Notes: a model not told the origin generated them from the letters alone. 64,000 nt of DNA from Dethiobacter sp. (GCA_020725665.1 DYEO01000002.1:6451-70450), one strand, 5' to 3'; shown: positions 19,150 through 27,514, counted from the stretch's first letter. Made by a program: numbers and translations.

Positions 19150-19760
19150 AGGGGGGTCAGTCCCCTTTTGGGATACTTTGGGTTTCAAGCTTCTGCTTCA
19201 ACGTACTTACGGTAGAGTTGGCTATCCTTTTGAAAATACCCGAGAATCTTATCCGTTGAGACCATTGGATTATTTTTTTTACCTGCATAAACAGGATAAC
19301 TGCTCCAGGGGTAATCCAGAGGATTATCAACTATTTCTGCCCTGACAGGGTTCAAATGGATATATTTGCTGGTTAGCAGATTATGGGCGTCTGTTAGAAT
19401 AAGTTCGGAATGATAGCGACCTTGAAAAAGGTGGCCCACTAAATTATACCTTTTATTAAAATACATAGTATATTGCATATTTATGAGTTTCATGATTTTA
19501 GCGATCTCTTCATCTAATGTCTCCACCTGGAGATGCAGATGGTTGGTCATCAGGCAATAAGCATACAGGAGAAAAGGATATTTTTCACAGCACTCTTTCA
19601 AAATTGATAAGTAAACGCGCCTGTCTTTATCGTCTTTGAAGATGTCCTGCCGGCGATTACCCCGGCAGATAATGTGATAGATGGCGCCGGGAAACCAGAT
19701 ACGGGGTTTTCTGGGCATGCTCACCTACTCCTTTACTGGGGTCAGACCCCTTTTGGGAAA
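19150..19760 (-). mobile_element. IS200/IS605-like or REP-associated tyrosine-transposase (RAYT) unit bounded by 21-bp hairpin repeats
   Basis: ggggtcagtccccttttggga at 19153-19173 and ggggtcagaccccttttggga at 19738-19758, in direct orientation around a Y1-transposase gene. Confidence 0.6.
19185..19724 (-). CDS. Y1 (HUH) transposase, IS200-like / RAYT
   Basis: HUH motif HLHLQVE; catalytic Tyr region (HLFQGRYHSELI); N-terminal PRKPRIWFPGAIYHIICRGN. Confidence 0.7.
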   Translation of the reverse strand: MSMPRKPRIWFPGAIYHIICRGNRRQDIFKDDKDRRVYLSILKECCEKYPFLLYAYCLMTNHLHLQVETLDEEIAKIMKLINMQYTMYFNKRYNLVGHLFQGRYHSELILTDAHNLLTSKYIHLNPVRAEIVDNPLDYPWSSYPVYAGKKNNPMVSTDKILGYFQKDSQLYRKYVEAEA

Positions 19761-19763
19761 AGT

Positions 19764-20456
19764 TTACAGGATGTGTAGGGGGCGGAACTCCAGGTAGTCG
19801 CTTGAGGTGAAGTAGTAGGTAATACCGTCCCTTTCCCCGCTGAAGGCCCGGCGGTGGTCATCGCCGTGCAGGTGACCGTAGATACAGGTCTTGACGTTAT
19901 ACTGGTGCAGGAGCGTTACAAAGCCACTGTCCTCCAAACCAGGTCCAAAGGGAGGATAATGCAGGACAGCCACGATATGATCAAAGCCGTCCTTGATAGC
20001 CATACCGAGAGAGAGTTCCAGGCGAATCAGTTCCCGCTGGTAAACCCTTTCATCCTGCTCCGCAAAATTCATGATCCCGGGAATGTTCCAGCCACGCGTG
20101 CCGCAGATGGCAACACGGTTTTCGTAGAGGCAGTAATTGTTCTGCACCGCGCAGATGCTTCGGGGCAGGGCCTTTTTTACCTTGGCGTAACTCTGCCACC
20201 AGTAGTCGTGATTTCCTTTGAAGAAAACCTTGCGCCCGGGTAGGGCATGAATAAAGCGGAAGTCTTCCTCCATTTCCTCCAGTTTTAAGGCCCAGGATAT
20301 ATCCCCACCGATGATTACCGTATCCCTTCCGGCTACAACTTCTTCCCATTGCTCTTGCAACTTGAGGTGATGCCCCTCCCAGCGGTCACCGAAGATATGC
20401 ATCGGTTTTTCTCCATTAAGGGAGAGGTGCAGATCACTGATGGCAAAAAGGGACAT
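19764..20456 (-). CDS. Calcineurin-like metallophosphoesterase
   Basis: DLHLS...GDISW...GNHDYWW metallophosphatase motifs. Confidence 0.65.
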   Translation of the reverse strand: MSLFAISDLHLSLNGEKPMHIFGDRWEGHHLKLQEQWEEVVAGRDTVIIGGDISWALKLEEMEEDFRFIHALPGRKVFFKGNHDYWWQSYAKVKKALPRSICAVQNNYCLYENRVAICGTRGWNIPGIMNFAEQDERVYQRELIRLELSLGMAIKDGFDHIVAVLHYPPFGPGLEDSGFVTLLHQYNVKTCIYGHLHGDDHRRAFSGERDGITYYFTSSDYLEFRPLHIL

Positions 20457-20759
20457 CTTTTCACCGTCCTCTTTTTTAAGCTCTCCTTCTTATTCTACCC
20501 TATCCGCTCATTTTCCTTTATGTTTCCATTAAAAGGATTGGCTGATTGCATGTTTAAAGTCATGAAAATTTTAAATATTTTAGTCTATGGGGAAGGATAT
20601 TTTAACCCGGCCACAGAATAATGATACATAGGTTCAATATTCAAAATTCAATATCGCTCCCGCTTCGTATTCCATTATTTTTTATTGATTGTTATACAAA
20701 AGAAACAACACCGGCGAAACAGGTTCCGGCAAAAGGGGGTATAAAGGAGTGTTTGTGTC

Positions 20760-21779
20760 GTGAACCTGAGCATCATCAATAAGTGTAATACGAGCTGCCC
20801 TTATTGTTTTCAGGGCTCCTACAAGGTGGAAGGGCTGCAGATGATGTCCGTGGAGCTGGTACGCAAAATTTTGGACTGGAACAACTGTCACGACTATATC
20901 AAAATTGTGGGTGGGGAGCCGACCCTGCACCCCGATCTGTTGCAGATTATTACAGAAATTACGGGACGGGGCTGGTATGCCGATCTGCGCTCCAACCTGC
21001 TCATGGACAACACCCTGTTATGCAAGTTGCTGCAGATACCCCGCCTCAGCTTCCTCTTCAATATCGCCCACGCTTACAGCGAACACCGCCGTCAGGCGGA
21101 AATGTTCGCGGCAAACGTGGAGACAATTTTAAACCGTGAACCCGGGGCAGAACGCCGGGATGCGGTTATAGCCGTAGGGATTACCATAACCGCATACGTG
21201 GAAAAATACCTGCAGGGGCTCTATGATATTTTACTGGCAGACCGGCAAGGGGTGATCAATTATGTGCGGTTGGGGATCGAAACTGTCTCCTGGGATCCGG
21301 CCGTCCCTTACACCCTTGATCATCATATGGGCGGCATCATCCTGGAAATCGTCTCCACCATCCGCCGCCTCAAACACCATGTGCGTATCAACTTCGACTG
21401 CGCCGTGAACCTCTGCCTTATCGATCCGGAGACACTGCAGCAGCTACGCGCCTATGGCGTGCAGCCCATTTTTCTCGAATGTTCGTATGCCAATCCCCAA
21501 AGTCCTTTTGTGATCATGCCCGACCTGAGCGTCTCCTGGTGCGAGGCCTTTATGTACCATCCCGACCTCACAATCCCGGACATCTTTGCCTACCGCCACT
21601 GCGCCCACGCTCACAATGCCCTGATCAAGATGATGTATGATTTCAGTAAAAGGGAACCGCTTAATTGCCGCCACGCCACATGTGCAAAAGATGGCTGCCG
21701 CGGTCCGTGCCCGGGACTGAACCATTACCTGAAAAAGCACCCTCTTCCCCTCTACGCGGCACAGGTACTCTCCTCCTGA
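20760..21779 (+). CDS. Radical SAM protein with a Cys-rich C-terminal (SPASM/twitch-like) domain
   Basis: N-terminal CNTSCPYC (CxxxCxxC) and GGEPTL; C-terminal CRHATCAKDGCRGPC cluster; GTG start with an AAGGAG RBS. Confidence 0.6.
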   Translation: MNLSIINKCNTSCPYCFQGSYKVEGLQMMSVELVRKILDWNNCHDYIKIVGGEPTLHPDLLQIITEITGRGWYADLRSNLLMDNTLLCKLLQIPRLSFLFNIAHAYSEHRRQAEMFAANVETILNREPGAERRDAVIAVGITITAYVEKYLQGLYDILLADRQGVINYVRLGIETVSWDPAVPYTLDHHMGGIILEIVSTIRRLKHHVRINFDCAVNLCLIDPETLQQLRAYGVQPIFLECSYANPQSPFVIMPDLSVSWCEAFMYHPDLTIPDIFAYRHCAHAHNALIKMMYDFSKREPLNCRHATCAKDGCRGPCPGLNHYLKKHPLPLYAAQVLSS

Positions 21780-21885
21780 GGAACTTGGGAGACAATTCCC
21801 GAAGGTTCTTTGCCTATACAGTTACATTTCTACAGTTACTTTTGTTGACGGAGCAATCAAGCATAAGTTATAATGATGCCAACAG

Positions 21886-21970
21886 GCGGGCGTGGCGGAA
21901 CTGGCAGACGCGCAGGACTTAGGATCCTGTGGGGCGACCCGTGGGGGTTCAAATCCCTTCGCCCGCACCA
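21886..21970 (+). tRNA. tRNA-Leu (anticodon UAG), type II, CCA encoded
   Basis: Acceptor GCGGGCG/CGCCCGC; anticodon arm CAGGA-CTTAGGA-TCCTG; long variable arm; TTCAAAT T-loop; CCA at 3' end. Confidence 0.85.
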
Positions 21971-21986
21971 AAGAGAATATTACGGT

Positions 21987-22021
21987 TCACTCCCTGACGC
22001 AGCCGGGGAGTGAATTTTTTT
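21987..22021 (+). terminator. Rho-independent terminator after tRNA-Leu
   Basis: tcactccc...gggagtga stem followed by TTTTTTTT. Confidence 0.55.
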
Positions 22022-22049
22022 GAATCATTAAATTTAAGGTATTTATTGT

Positions 22050-22090
22050 TAAAAAGTAACTGCTCAGGCTAAAAACGCCTGAGCAGTTAT
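22050..22090 (-). terminator. Rho-independent terminator at the 3' end of the BMC operon
   Basis: 13-bp perfect stem gtaactgctcaggc / gcctgagcagttac with a T-run on the minus strand. Confidence 0.55.
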
Positions 22091-22134
22091 GTTATATATT
22101 TAAACAAACCCATGCAAACGGGATAAAAAAAGAT

Positions 22135-23937
22135 TCAAACTTTAACATTTGACGGACTGCGCCGGATCACCATACCCTTCTTTTGCGCCGTTGCCAGGAG
22201 TTCTCCCCCCTGCATGACAATCTCGCCGCTTTTCACCGTAAATACGGGCCAGCCGGTCAGTTCCTTCCCCTCGTAGAGGGAGAAGTCGGAGCGGGAGGCC
22301 AGTTGCAGCGGGTCAACCTTACGGCGCTCCTGCAGATCCACCACGACAATATCGGCATTACTCCCCGGCAAGAGGGAACCTTTGGCAGGATAGAAGCCAA
22401 ATATTTCCGCCGGACGTAGGGATGTAACCTCTGCCAGCCGGGTAAGGTCAATGCGCCCCCTGTTTACACCTTCACTTAACAGGGAGGGTAGATGGGTAGC
22501 CAGGGCCGGATAACCGGGCAGGGCTTCCGCCATACCTTTATCCACCATTTTTTCCGCAAGCGTAAGCGTGGCGTTATCCGTCCCCACTGTATCTATGATT
22601 CCTTCACGCAGGCCCTGCCAGAGAGCTTCGCGATCTTGCGGGGACCTGAAGGGTGGGGTCATCTTGCCCCGCGCACCGAGCAGCCAGTCCGTATCGATGG
22701 TCAGGTACGGCGAGGTAGTCTCCGCATAGAGGGAATAAGCGCCGCCACCTCTTTCGCGGTATCTGCGTATTACTTCTATGCTCTCCCGGGCGGACAGGTG
22801 TACCAGATAAATGGTAACCCCGCAACTCCGGGCCAGCAGCACAGCCCTTTTTACCGCCTCTTCCTCCGCCAGGCTGGGCCGTGTCAGGGACCAGGCCTGC
22901 AGGTCGTTATCCTGCTCCACCTGCCGGCGGTGTTGGGCGGTTGAACGCTCCACGATGTGGGAATTTTCAGCGTGGATGGCAATACTCACATCCCGGCAGC
23001 CTTTAACCTTTTCAAAAACATCCAGGATTTTATCATCATGCATGTGGGGGATTAGCCCCGGGATGCCGCACATAAATATTTTAAAAGAAGTTATTTGCAA
23101 ATGTTTGATGTAGGCGGGAATTTCCTCCACCTGCCGCGGTGTGGTGATGATCAGATGGGGGAATATGTCGATATAGCTGTGCCGTTCCACCATCTCCACA
23201 AAAGAAGGCAGGTAGTCAAAATATGATTCTTCACTGTAGAGCATACAACCGGCCGCCGTAACGCCGCCCAGCAGGGCTGAGGCTGTTTCCTTCTCCATCT
23301 CCTCCCGCATATCGCCGAATATTCCCAGATGGATATGCGGATCCACAACGCCGGGCAGCACATACAGGCCCGTTGCATCGATCATCTTCTTTCCCCGGGC
23401 CTGGCCGCTAACACTGATGGCGGCGATTTTACGACCGCTGACCTCCAGGTCTCCCCGGAACACACCGAGGCGGGGAATCACCAGGTAACCATTTTTGATT
23501 ACCAGATCCGCTTCCCCCGGAAGCACCCCACCGGCGCCCTTTAAGTAGGCGATCTCTTTTTTTATCTGCTCCAGCTCACCCTGGAACGATGCAAGGGAAG
23601 CAGCACTAGCCGGGATCGGGGGTTTCGCTCCCGTTTCCCCGGGCAAAGGGGAAGGCAGCAGCGATAGAGGAGACAGTGGCGGGGGCGGCAAAGCAGCCCC
23701 GGTAAAAGCGTCTCCGGCAACAGGCAGGCTTTCCTGCGCCGTCCCCCCGGCCCCGCTCCCTCCCTTAACTGACACACTGCCACTCCTGACAGGGTTTTTA
23801 ATAATACGTATCTCCAGCTGCGCCGCCCGCTCCAGCGCCACGTCCGTAACAACATCGTCAGCGCCGATCATGAATTCCTTGTTCCCCAGGCGGGCAGCCA
23901 TCTCCAGATCCAGGGCGGTAATAATTCTTTTGGGCAA
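22135..23937 (-). CDS. Cyclic amidohydrolase (dihydropyrimidinase / hydantoinase / allantoinase family) with an N-terminal targeting module and a Pro/Ser/Ala-rich linker
   Basis: VDPHIHL, KIFMCG, IHAEN, YLVHLS metal-dependent amidohydrolase motifs. TTG start (MPKRIITALDLEM) 16 nt after the BMC-T stop, with a GGGGGGAG RBS. The N-terminal 40 aa are homologous to the N-terminus of the class-V PLP enzyme at 24911-26263. Confidence 0.75.
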   Translation of the reverse strand: MPKRIITALDLEMAARLGNKEFMIGADDVVTDVALERAAQLEIRIIKNPVRSGSVSVKGGSGAGGTAQESLPVAGDAFTGAALPPPPLSPLSLLPSPLPGETGAKPPIPASAASLASFQGELEQIKKEIAYLKGAGGVLPGEADLVIKNGYLVIPRLGVFRGDLEVSGRKIAAISVSGQARGKKMIDATGLYVLPGVVDPHIHLGIFGDMREEMEKETASALLGGVTAAGCMLYSEESYFDYLPSFVEMVERHSYIDIFPHLIITTPRQVEEIPAYIKHLQITSFKIFMCGIPGLIPHMHDDKILDVFEKVKGCRDVSIAIHAENSHIVERSTAQHRRQVEQDNDLQAWSLTRPSLAEEEAVKRAVLLARSCGVTIYLVHLSARESIEVIRRYRERGGGAYSLYAETTSPYLTIDTDWLLGARGKMTPPFRSPQDREALWQGLREGIIDTVGTDNATLTLAEKMVDKGMAEALPGYPALATHLPSLLSEGVNRGRIDLTRLAEVTSLRPAEIFGFYPAKGSLLPGSNADIVVVDLQERRKVDPLQLASRSDFSLYEGKELTGWPVFTVKSGEIVMQGGELLATAQKKGMVIRRSPSNVKV

Positions 23938-23953
23938 ACTGCTCCCCCCTTCG

Positions 23954-24601
23954 CTATTTGGCCTGCAGGCTTGCGATAGCGTTTTGGGCAGCATCCATCG
24001 CCGTTTTAACCAGGGATTCATCCCCGGAGAGATAGAGGCGGCCGTAGCGTCCCACCGGATCGAAGTGTACTATTCTTATATCCGCATTTTTCTCCGCCTC
24101 ATTGACCGCATGGGTGATATAGACAGCCGGTTCCACCTCCATGATCAGGAGGGACTCGGAGGGGACAATCATGGAACCCTGGCGGAAACGGTTGATCAAC
24201 TGGGCCTGGTAGGGACTGATGTTGTTAATAATCTTGGTTGATACAATTTGCGGCATTATTTTATCAGTTTGATGCAGGTTGTAGCGGCTCAGGATAGCGT
24301 GGCCCGCTTCCAGGACACCGTCCACGGACTCGGAATGAAGCTCGATCATCCCGAATTCCCGCTCCACATCCTGGAAGCCGGAGCGGGCCTCCCCGCTTTT
24401 GAGGGCAATATCGAGCATGCCGTATACTTCGGAGCCGGGCGCGATCTCCAGCCAGAGCTGGGCCATACCCGCCATGGGGACATCTCCCCGGGAGACGGTC
24501 CCCAGGAACGCGGCATACTGGGGCTGCATACGGTCAATAAACACGTACGTTCTCAGAACAATATTTTCACCCACCTGAATTCCTCCTTCAGCAGCGGGCA
24601 A
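23954..24601 (-). CDS. BMC-T shell protein (tandem BMC-domain protein, EutL/PduB-like)
   Basis: 215 aa; DIALKSGE and DAAQNAIASL segments typical of permuted tandem BMC domains; lies inside the shell-gene cluster. Confidence 0.65.
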   Translation of the reverse strand: MPAAEGGIQVGENIVLRTYVFIDRMQPQYAAFLGTVSRGDVPMAGMAQLWLEIAPGSEVYGMLDIALKSGEARSGFQDVEREFGMIELHSESVDGVLEAGHAILSRYNLHQTDKIMPQIVSTKIINNISPYQAQLINRFRQGSMIVPSESLLIMEVEPAVYITHAVNEAEKNADIRIVHFDPVGRYGRLYLSGDESLVKTAMDAAQNAIASLQAK

Positions 24602-24896
24602 AATCTATTTCATCGATAATCGCCACAATGGCAGCATCCACGGGAAGCGCCTTCTCCTGCGGCAATGTTGTGCCCACAGGTTCGCCGCTGCTTAAAACAA
24701 GCTGGGCGGGACTTCCCGTGGTTACACAAACAAGGCTGCCCAGCCCCGAACCGAAAATATCCACCGCCACGAAGGGTTCACCCCGTACCTTCTTTTTCTC
24801 CGGGGAGTACTCCTGCACGATGGCCAGCTTGTAGCCGGAAAGTCTCCTGTCCTTGATCGTGGAGACCACTGCACCGGTTACTTTGGCTATGATCAT
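24588..24896 (-). CDS. BMC-P vertex protein (EutN/PduN/CcmL family)
   Basis: MIIAKVTGAVVSTIKDRRLSGYKLAIV...VAVDIFGSG, the EutN/CcmL fold signature. Confidence 0.8.
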   Translation of the reverse strand: MIIAKVTGAVVSTIKDRRLSGYKLAIVQEYSPEKKKVRGEPFVAVDIFGSGLGSLVCVTTGSPAQLVLSSGEPVGTTLPQEKALPVDAAIVAIIDEIDFARC

Positions 24897-24910
24897 TTAT
24901 AAACCCCCCA

Positions 24911-26263
24911 TCATTTTCGCAAAAGCCCGGCCAGGCAATCCATGACATGTTTGAGATTTTCCTTTGTGGTATAAAAGTGGGGTGCAATACGAATGGCATT
25001 GCCCCGGGCCGAGGCGATGATGTTATGTTTTTTCAGGTCAATCTCCACCTGGTGCGAGTCATCCACCCTGATCGCCGTGGTGGAACCTTTCTTTTTAACA
25101 TCCAGGGGACTGAGCAGCTCCAGGCCCCGCTCCTGCGCCAGCCCGATCGTATACTCAGAAAGCATGTTGATCCGTTTTTCAATGTTTTTTGGCCCGACCT
25201 CGTTGATTATTTCCATGCCGGCACGGGCGGCAAAGGCGGTAAGGACCGGCGGCGTCCCCGTGTCAAAGCGGCGGCTGTCGGAAGCATAATCGAGGTAACG
25301 CACCTGGAAGGAGAAGGGATTCTCCTGGCCGAACCAGCCGGTTACGGCCGGTTTGAGACAGGAAATAAGATCTTTTTTTACATAGATAAAGGCAATTCCC
25401 GGAATCCCCAGAAGATATTTCAGATTACCGGAGGATAGTATATCAATATCCATCTGCTTGACGTCGAGATCAACCGTACCGAGCGACTGGTAAGCGTCAA
25501 CGTAAAAGAGAGAGCCCTTTTCGTGAATGATCCGGGCAATGGCTCCCAGGTCCTGTTTAAAACCGTTCTGATAATAGACATGCGTCACGGAAGTGAGCAC
25601 AGTCTCCTCGTCCAAAAGACGGCGGTAGTCCTCCAGCAAAATCTCACCGTTGCGCACGGGGACGTAATCCACCTTGTAACCATATTTCTGACTGGCCAGC
25701 CAGACGTGGCCCACCGTGGGGAATTCCGCCTCTGTGGTCAGGATACGCCGTCTGGCCCCCAGCGGATCCAGGGCACTGGCAATGGATGCAGTAGCCTCCG
25801 ACACGGAGGTGGAGAGGGCGATCTCGTCGGGGCTGGCGTTAATCAACCGGGCAAATTCATGCTTGGCCTTAATTGTTTCCTCGATCCAGTACTCCCAGTC
25901 CATACCGGCTGTCAGCCAGCTATCAAGGTAATCTTCAATAGCCCGGCGCACTCTTTTGGCCTGGGGGGCCTGAGAGCAGTTGGCCACGTGAATGGTATGG
26001 GCCAGCAGGGGGAACTCTCCCTGCCAGCGGCGGGCAAAATCCTCGGAAAGCACATCCGCCCCTGTATTTGCGGGAGAACTTTGCTGTGTCGCAGCCGGAG
26101 TCCGATCCTGCGGCGATACTGCTGCCCTGACCAGGCTGATACCCAGGCGCCGCGCATTTTCTTCCGCTATCGCCGTTACAATGTCGTTTTCCCCGTATTC
26201 CATAACCGTTTTGCCTGCTTCTTTGCATAGCTCTATATCCCAAGCGGTAATGATCTTCTTCAT
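24911..26263 (-). CDS. Class-V PLP-dependent enzyme (aminotransferase/C-S-lyase family) with an N-terminal BMC-targeting-like module
   Basis: PLP-lysine region SSGNLKYLLGIPGIAF. N-terminal MKKIITAWDIELCKEAGK...VTAIAEENARRLGISL followed by an S/P/A/T/Q linker. RBS AAAGGGGGGAG. Confidence 0.7.
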   Translation of the reverse strand: MKKIITAWDIELCKEAGKTVMEYGENDIVTAIAEENARRLGISLVRAAVSPQDRTPAATQQSSPANTGADVLSEDFARRWQGEFPLLAHTIHVANCSQAPQAKRVRRAIEDYLDSWLTAGMDWEYWIEETIKAKHEFARLINASPDEIALSTSVSEATASIASALDPLGARRRILTTEAEFPTVGHVWLASQKYGYKVDYVPVRNGEILLEDYRRLLDEETVLTSVTHVYYQNGFKQDLGAIARIIHEKGSLFYVDAYQSLGTVDLDVKQMDIDILSSGNLKYLLGIPGIAFIYVKKDLISCLKPAVTGWFGQENPFSFQVRYLDYASDSRRFDTGTPPVLTAFAARAGMEIINEVGPKNIEKRINMLSEYTIGLAQERGLELLSPLDVKKKGSTTAIRVDDSHQVEIDLKKHNIIASARGNAIRIAPHFYTTKENLKHVMDCLAGLLRK

Positions 26264-26347
26264 TTAAGCGATCTCCCCCCTTTCATGCCGCAAAACACCC
26301 GTCACTCATGCCATTTGGCAGCAAACATCGCAGCAACGCGGTGCGGT

Positions 26348-26635
26348 TTATTCTCCCTTACTATTAAGGTTTTTAAGAATAAATGCCTCTATTTCGGCAT
26401 GGGGCCGGGGAATAACATGCACGGACAATACTTCTCCCACACGCTTGGCAGCAGAGGCTCCTGCATCGACAGCAGCCTTCACCGCCCCCACATCTCCTTC
26501 CACGATGACTGTGATATATCCTGCACCAATGTTCTCCTTCGCCAGCAACTGCACATTGGCCGCCTTAACCATGGCATCAGCCGCTTCGATAGCCGCAACC
26601 AGGCCCTTCGTTTCGATCAAACCAAGAGACTTCAT
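26348..26635 (-). CDS. BMC-H hexameric shell protein (PduA/EutM family)
   Basis: [28 protein letters not shown], the canonical BMC domain. Confidence 0.9.
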   Translation of the reverse strand: MKSLGLIETKGLVAAIEAADAMVKAANVQLLAKENIGAGYITVIVEGDVGAVKAAVDAGASAAKRVGEVLSVHVIPRPHAEIEAFILKNLNSKGE

Positions 26636-26699
26636 TGTTTAAAACCCTCCTCATGCAGAGCTATTTAATTAAATTGTATTGAACATATCGAAAAGTTTC

Positions 26700-26715
26700 T
26701 GTTAAAAAGACTACA
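26700..26715. promoter_or_regulatory. Crp/Fnr-type palindromic site TGT-N10-ACA (site A) at about -41.5 of the BMC operon promoter
   Basis: TTCTGTTAAAAAGACTACAAAA. rc TACAAT -10 hexamer (approx. 26673-26678) lies 21 nt from the site edge; coordinates +/-2 nt. Confidence 0.45.
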
Positions 26716-26799
26716 AAAGAGGAAATTCAGCAGCAAATCCCGAATAATTATTTTAAAGCGTTAATTTAATCAGATTTGGGGAGAGGAGGTTACCTGAAG

Positions 26800-27513
26800 A
26801 TGAACGCCGGCAGCAAACATGGGGGCAATTTTAGCGGATCTGCTTACCATTATTCACCCTGGTTTCGCCGAGGTGTAGCCTGCTGGGAACCTGTTTTCGA
26901 AAAATGCCCGCAAAAAAGTGTGCGTAAAAACAGCATTATTTTCAGCCAGGAAGAGGTAAACGAATCCGTCTACTTCATCCACAAGGGGCGGGTAAGGTTA
27001 TCATCGTTTGATAAAAACGGGAATGAGAAGTCCATCGTCATCGTCTCCGAGGGAAACATCATCGGTGAGGTGTCCGCCAAGGAAAGGATCCCGGCCATCG
27101 TAACGGCTACTGCCGTTACCGATTGTACACTTTTCTACATGCCCAGCGATCTCTTTTCCCAGAAGGTCTTAGCCAGCCCCGTTTTAAGTGAACGGCTTAT
27201 CCTGGAACTGATGTACCTGGTCCGTATTCTAACAGGTCATATACGGGATATATCCTTCATGGACGCAAGTGAGCGGGTGGTTACCTACCTGTTCAAGCTC
27301 TCCAACAATTACGGCTTGGATACACCCCAAGGACGCAAGATCACTATCCGTTTTACCCACCAGGAAATGGCCGATCTTACGGGCACCTGCCGCGTCACCG
27401 TCTCCAAAATCATGAAATCCCTCGATAAATCAAAAGTCATCAAAAAAATCGACGGCCACCTCTATATCCTCGACGAAGCTTACTTTCAAAAAATTATGGA
27501 AGAGGTCTCCTGA
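26800..27513 (+). CDS. Crp/Fnr-family transcriptional regulator
   Basis: cNMP-binding beta-roll (FIHKGRVRLSS...GEVS) plus a C-terminal HTH (QEMADLTGTCRVTVSKIMKSL). Start moved to MNAGSKHG with a GAGGAGG RBS. Confidence 0.8.
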   Translation: MNAGSKHGGNFSGSAYHYSPWFRRGVACWEPVFEKCPQKSVRKNSIIFSQEEVNESVYFIHKGRVRLSSFDKNGNEKSIVIVSEGNIIGEVSAKERIPAIVTATAVTDCTLFYMPSDLFSQKVLASPVLSERLILELMYLVRILTGHIRDISFMDASERVVTYLFKLSNNYGLDTPQGRKITIRFTHQEMADLTGTCRVTVSKIMKSLDKSKVIKKIDGHLYILDEAYFQKIMEEVS

Positions 27514-27514
27514 C

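Noticed and set aside
20521-20622. Small ORF MFPLKGLADCMFKVMKILNILVYGEGYFNPATE as a candidate precursor peptide for the radical-SAM enzyme
   Set aside because: No credible RBS for any of its three in-frame ATGs, only one Cys, and it overlaps the upstream region of the divergent phosphoesterase. It is mentioned only as a possibility within the radical-SAM finding.
25523-26230. 235-aa plus-strand ORF and other antisense ORFs within the BMC operon
   Set aside because: Wholly antisense to the class-V PLP enzyme gene and low-complexity; the coding signal is clearly on the minus strand.
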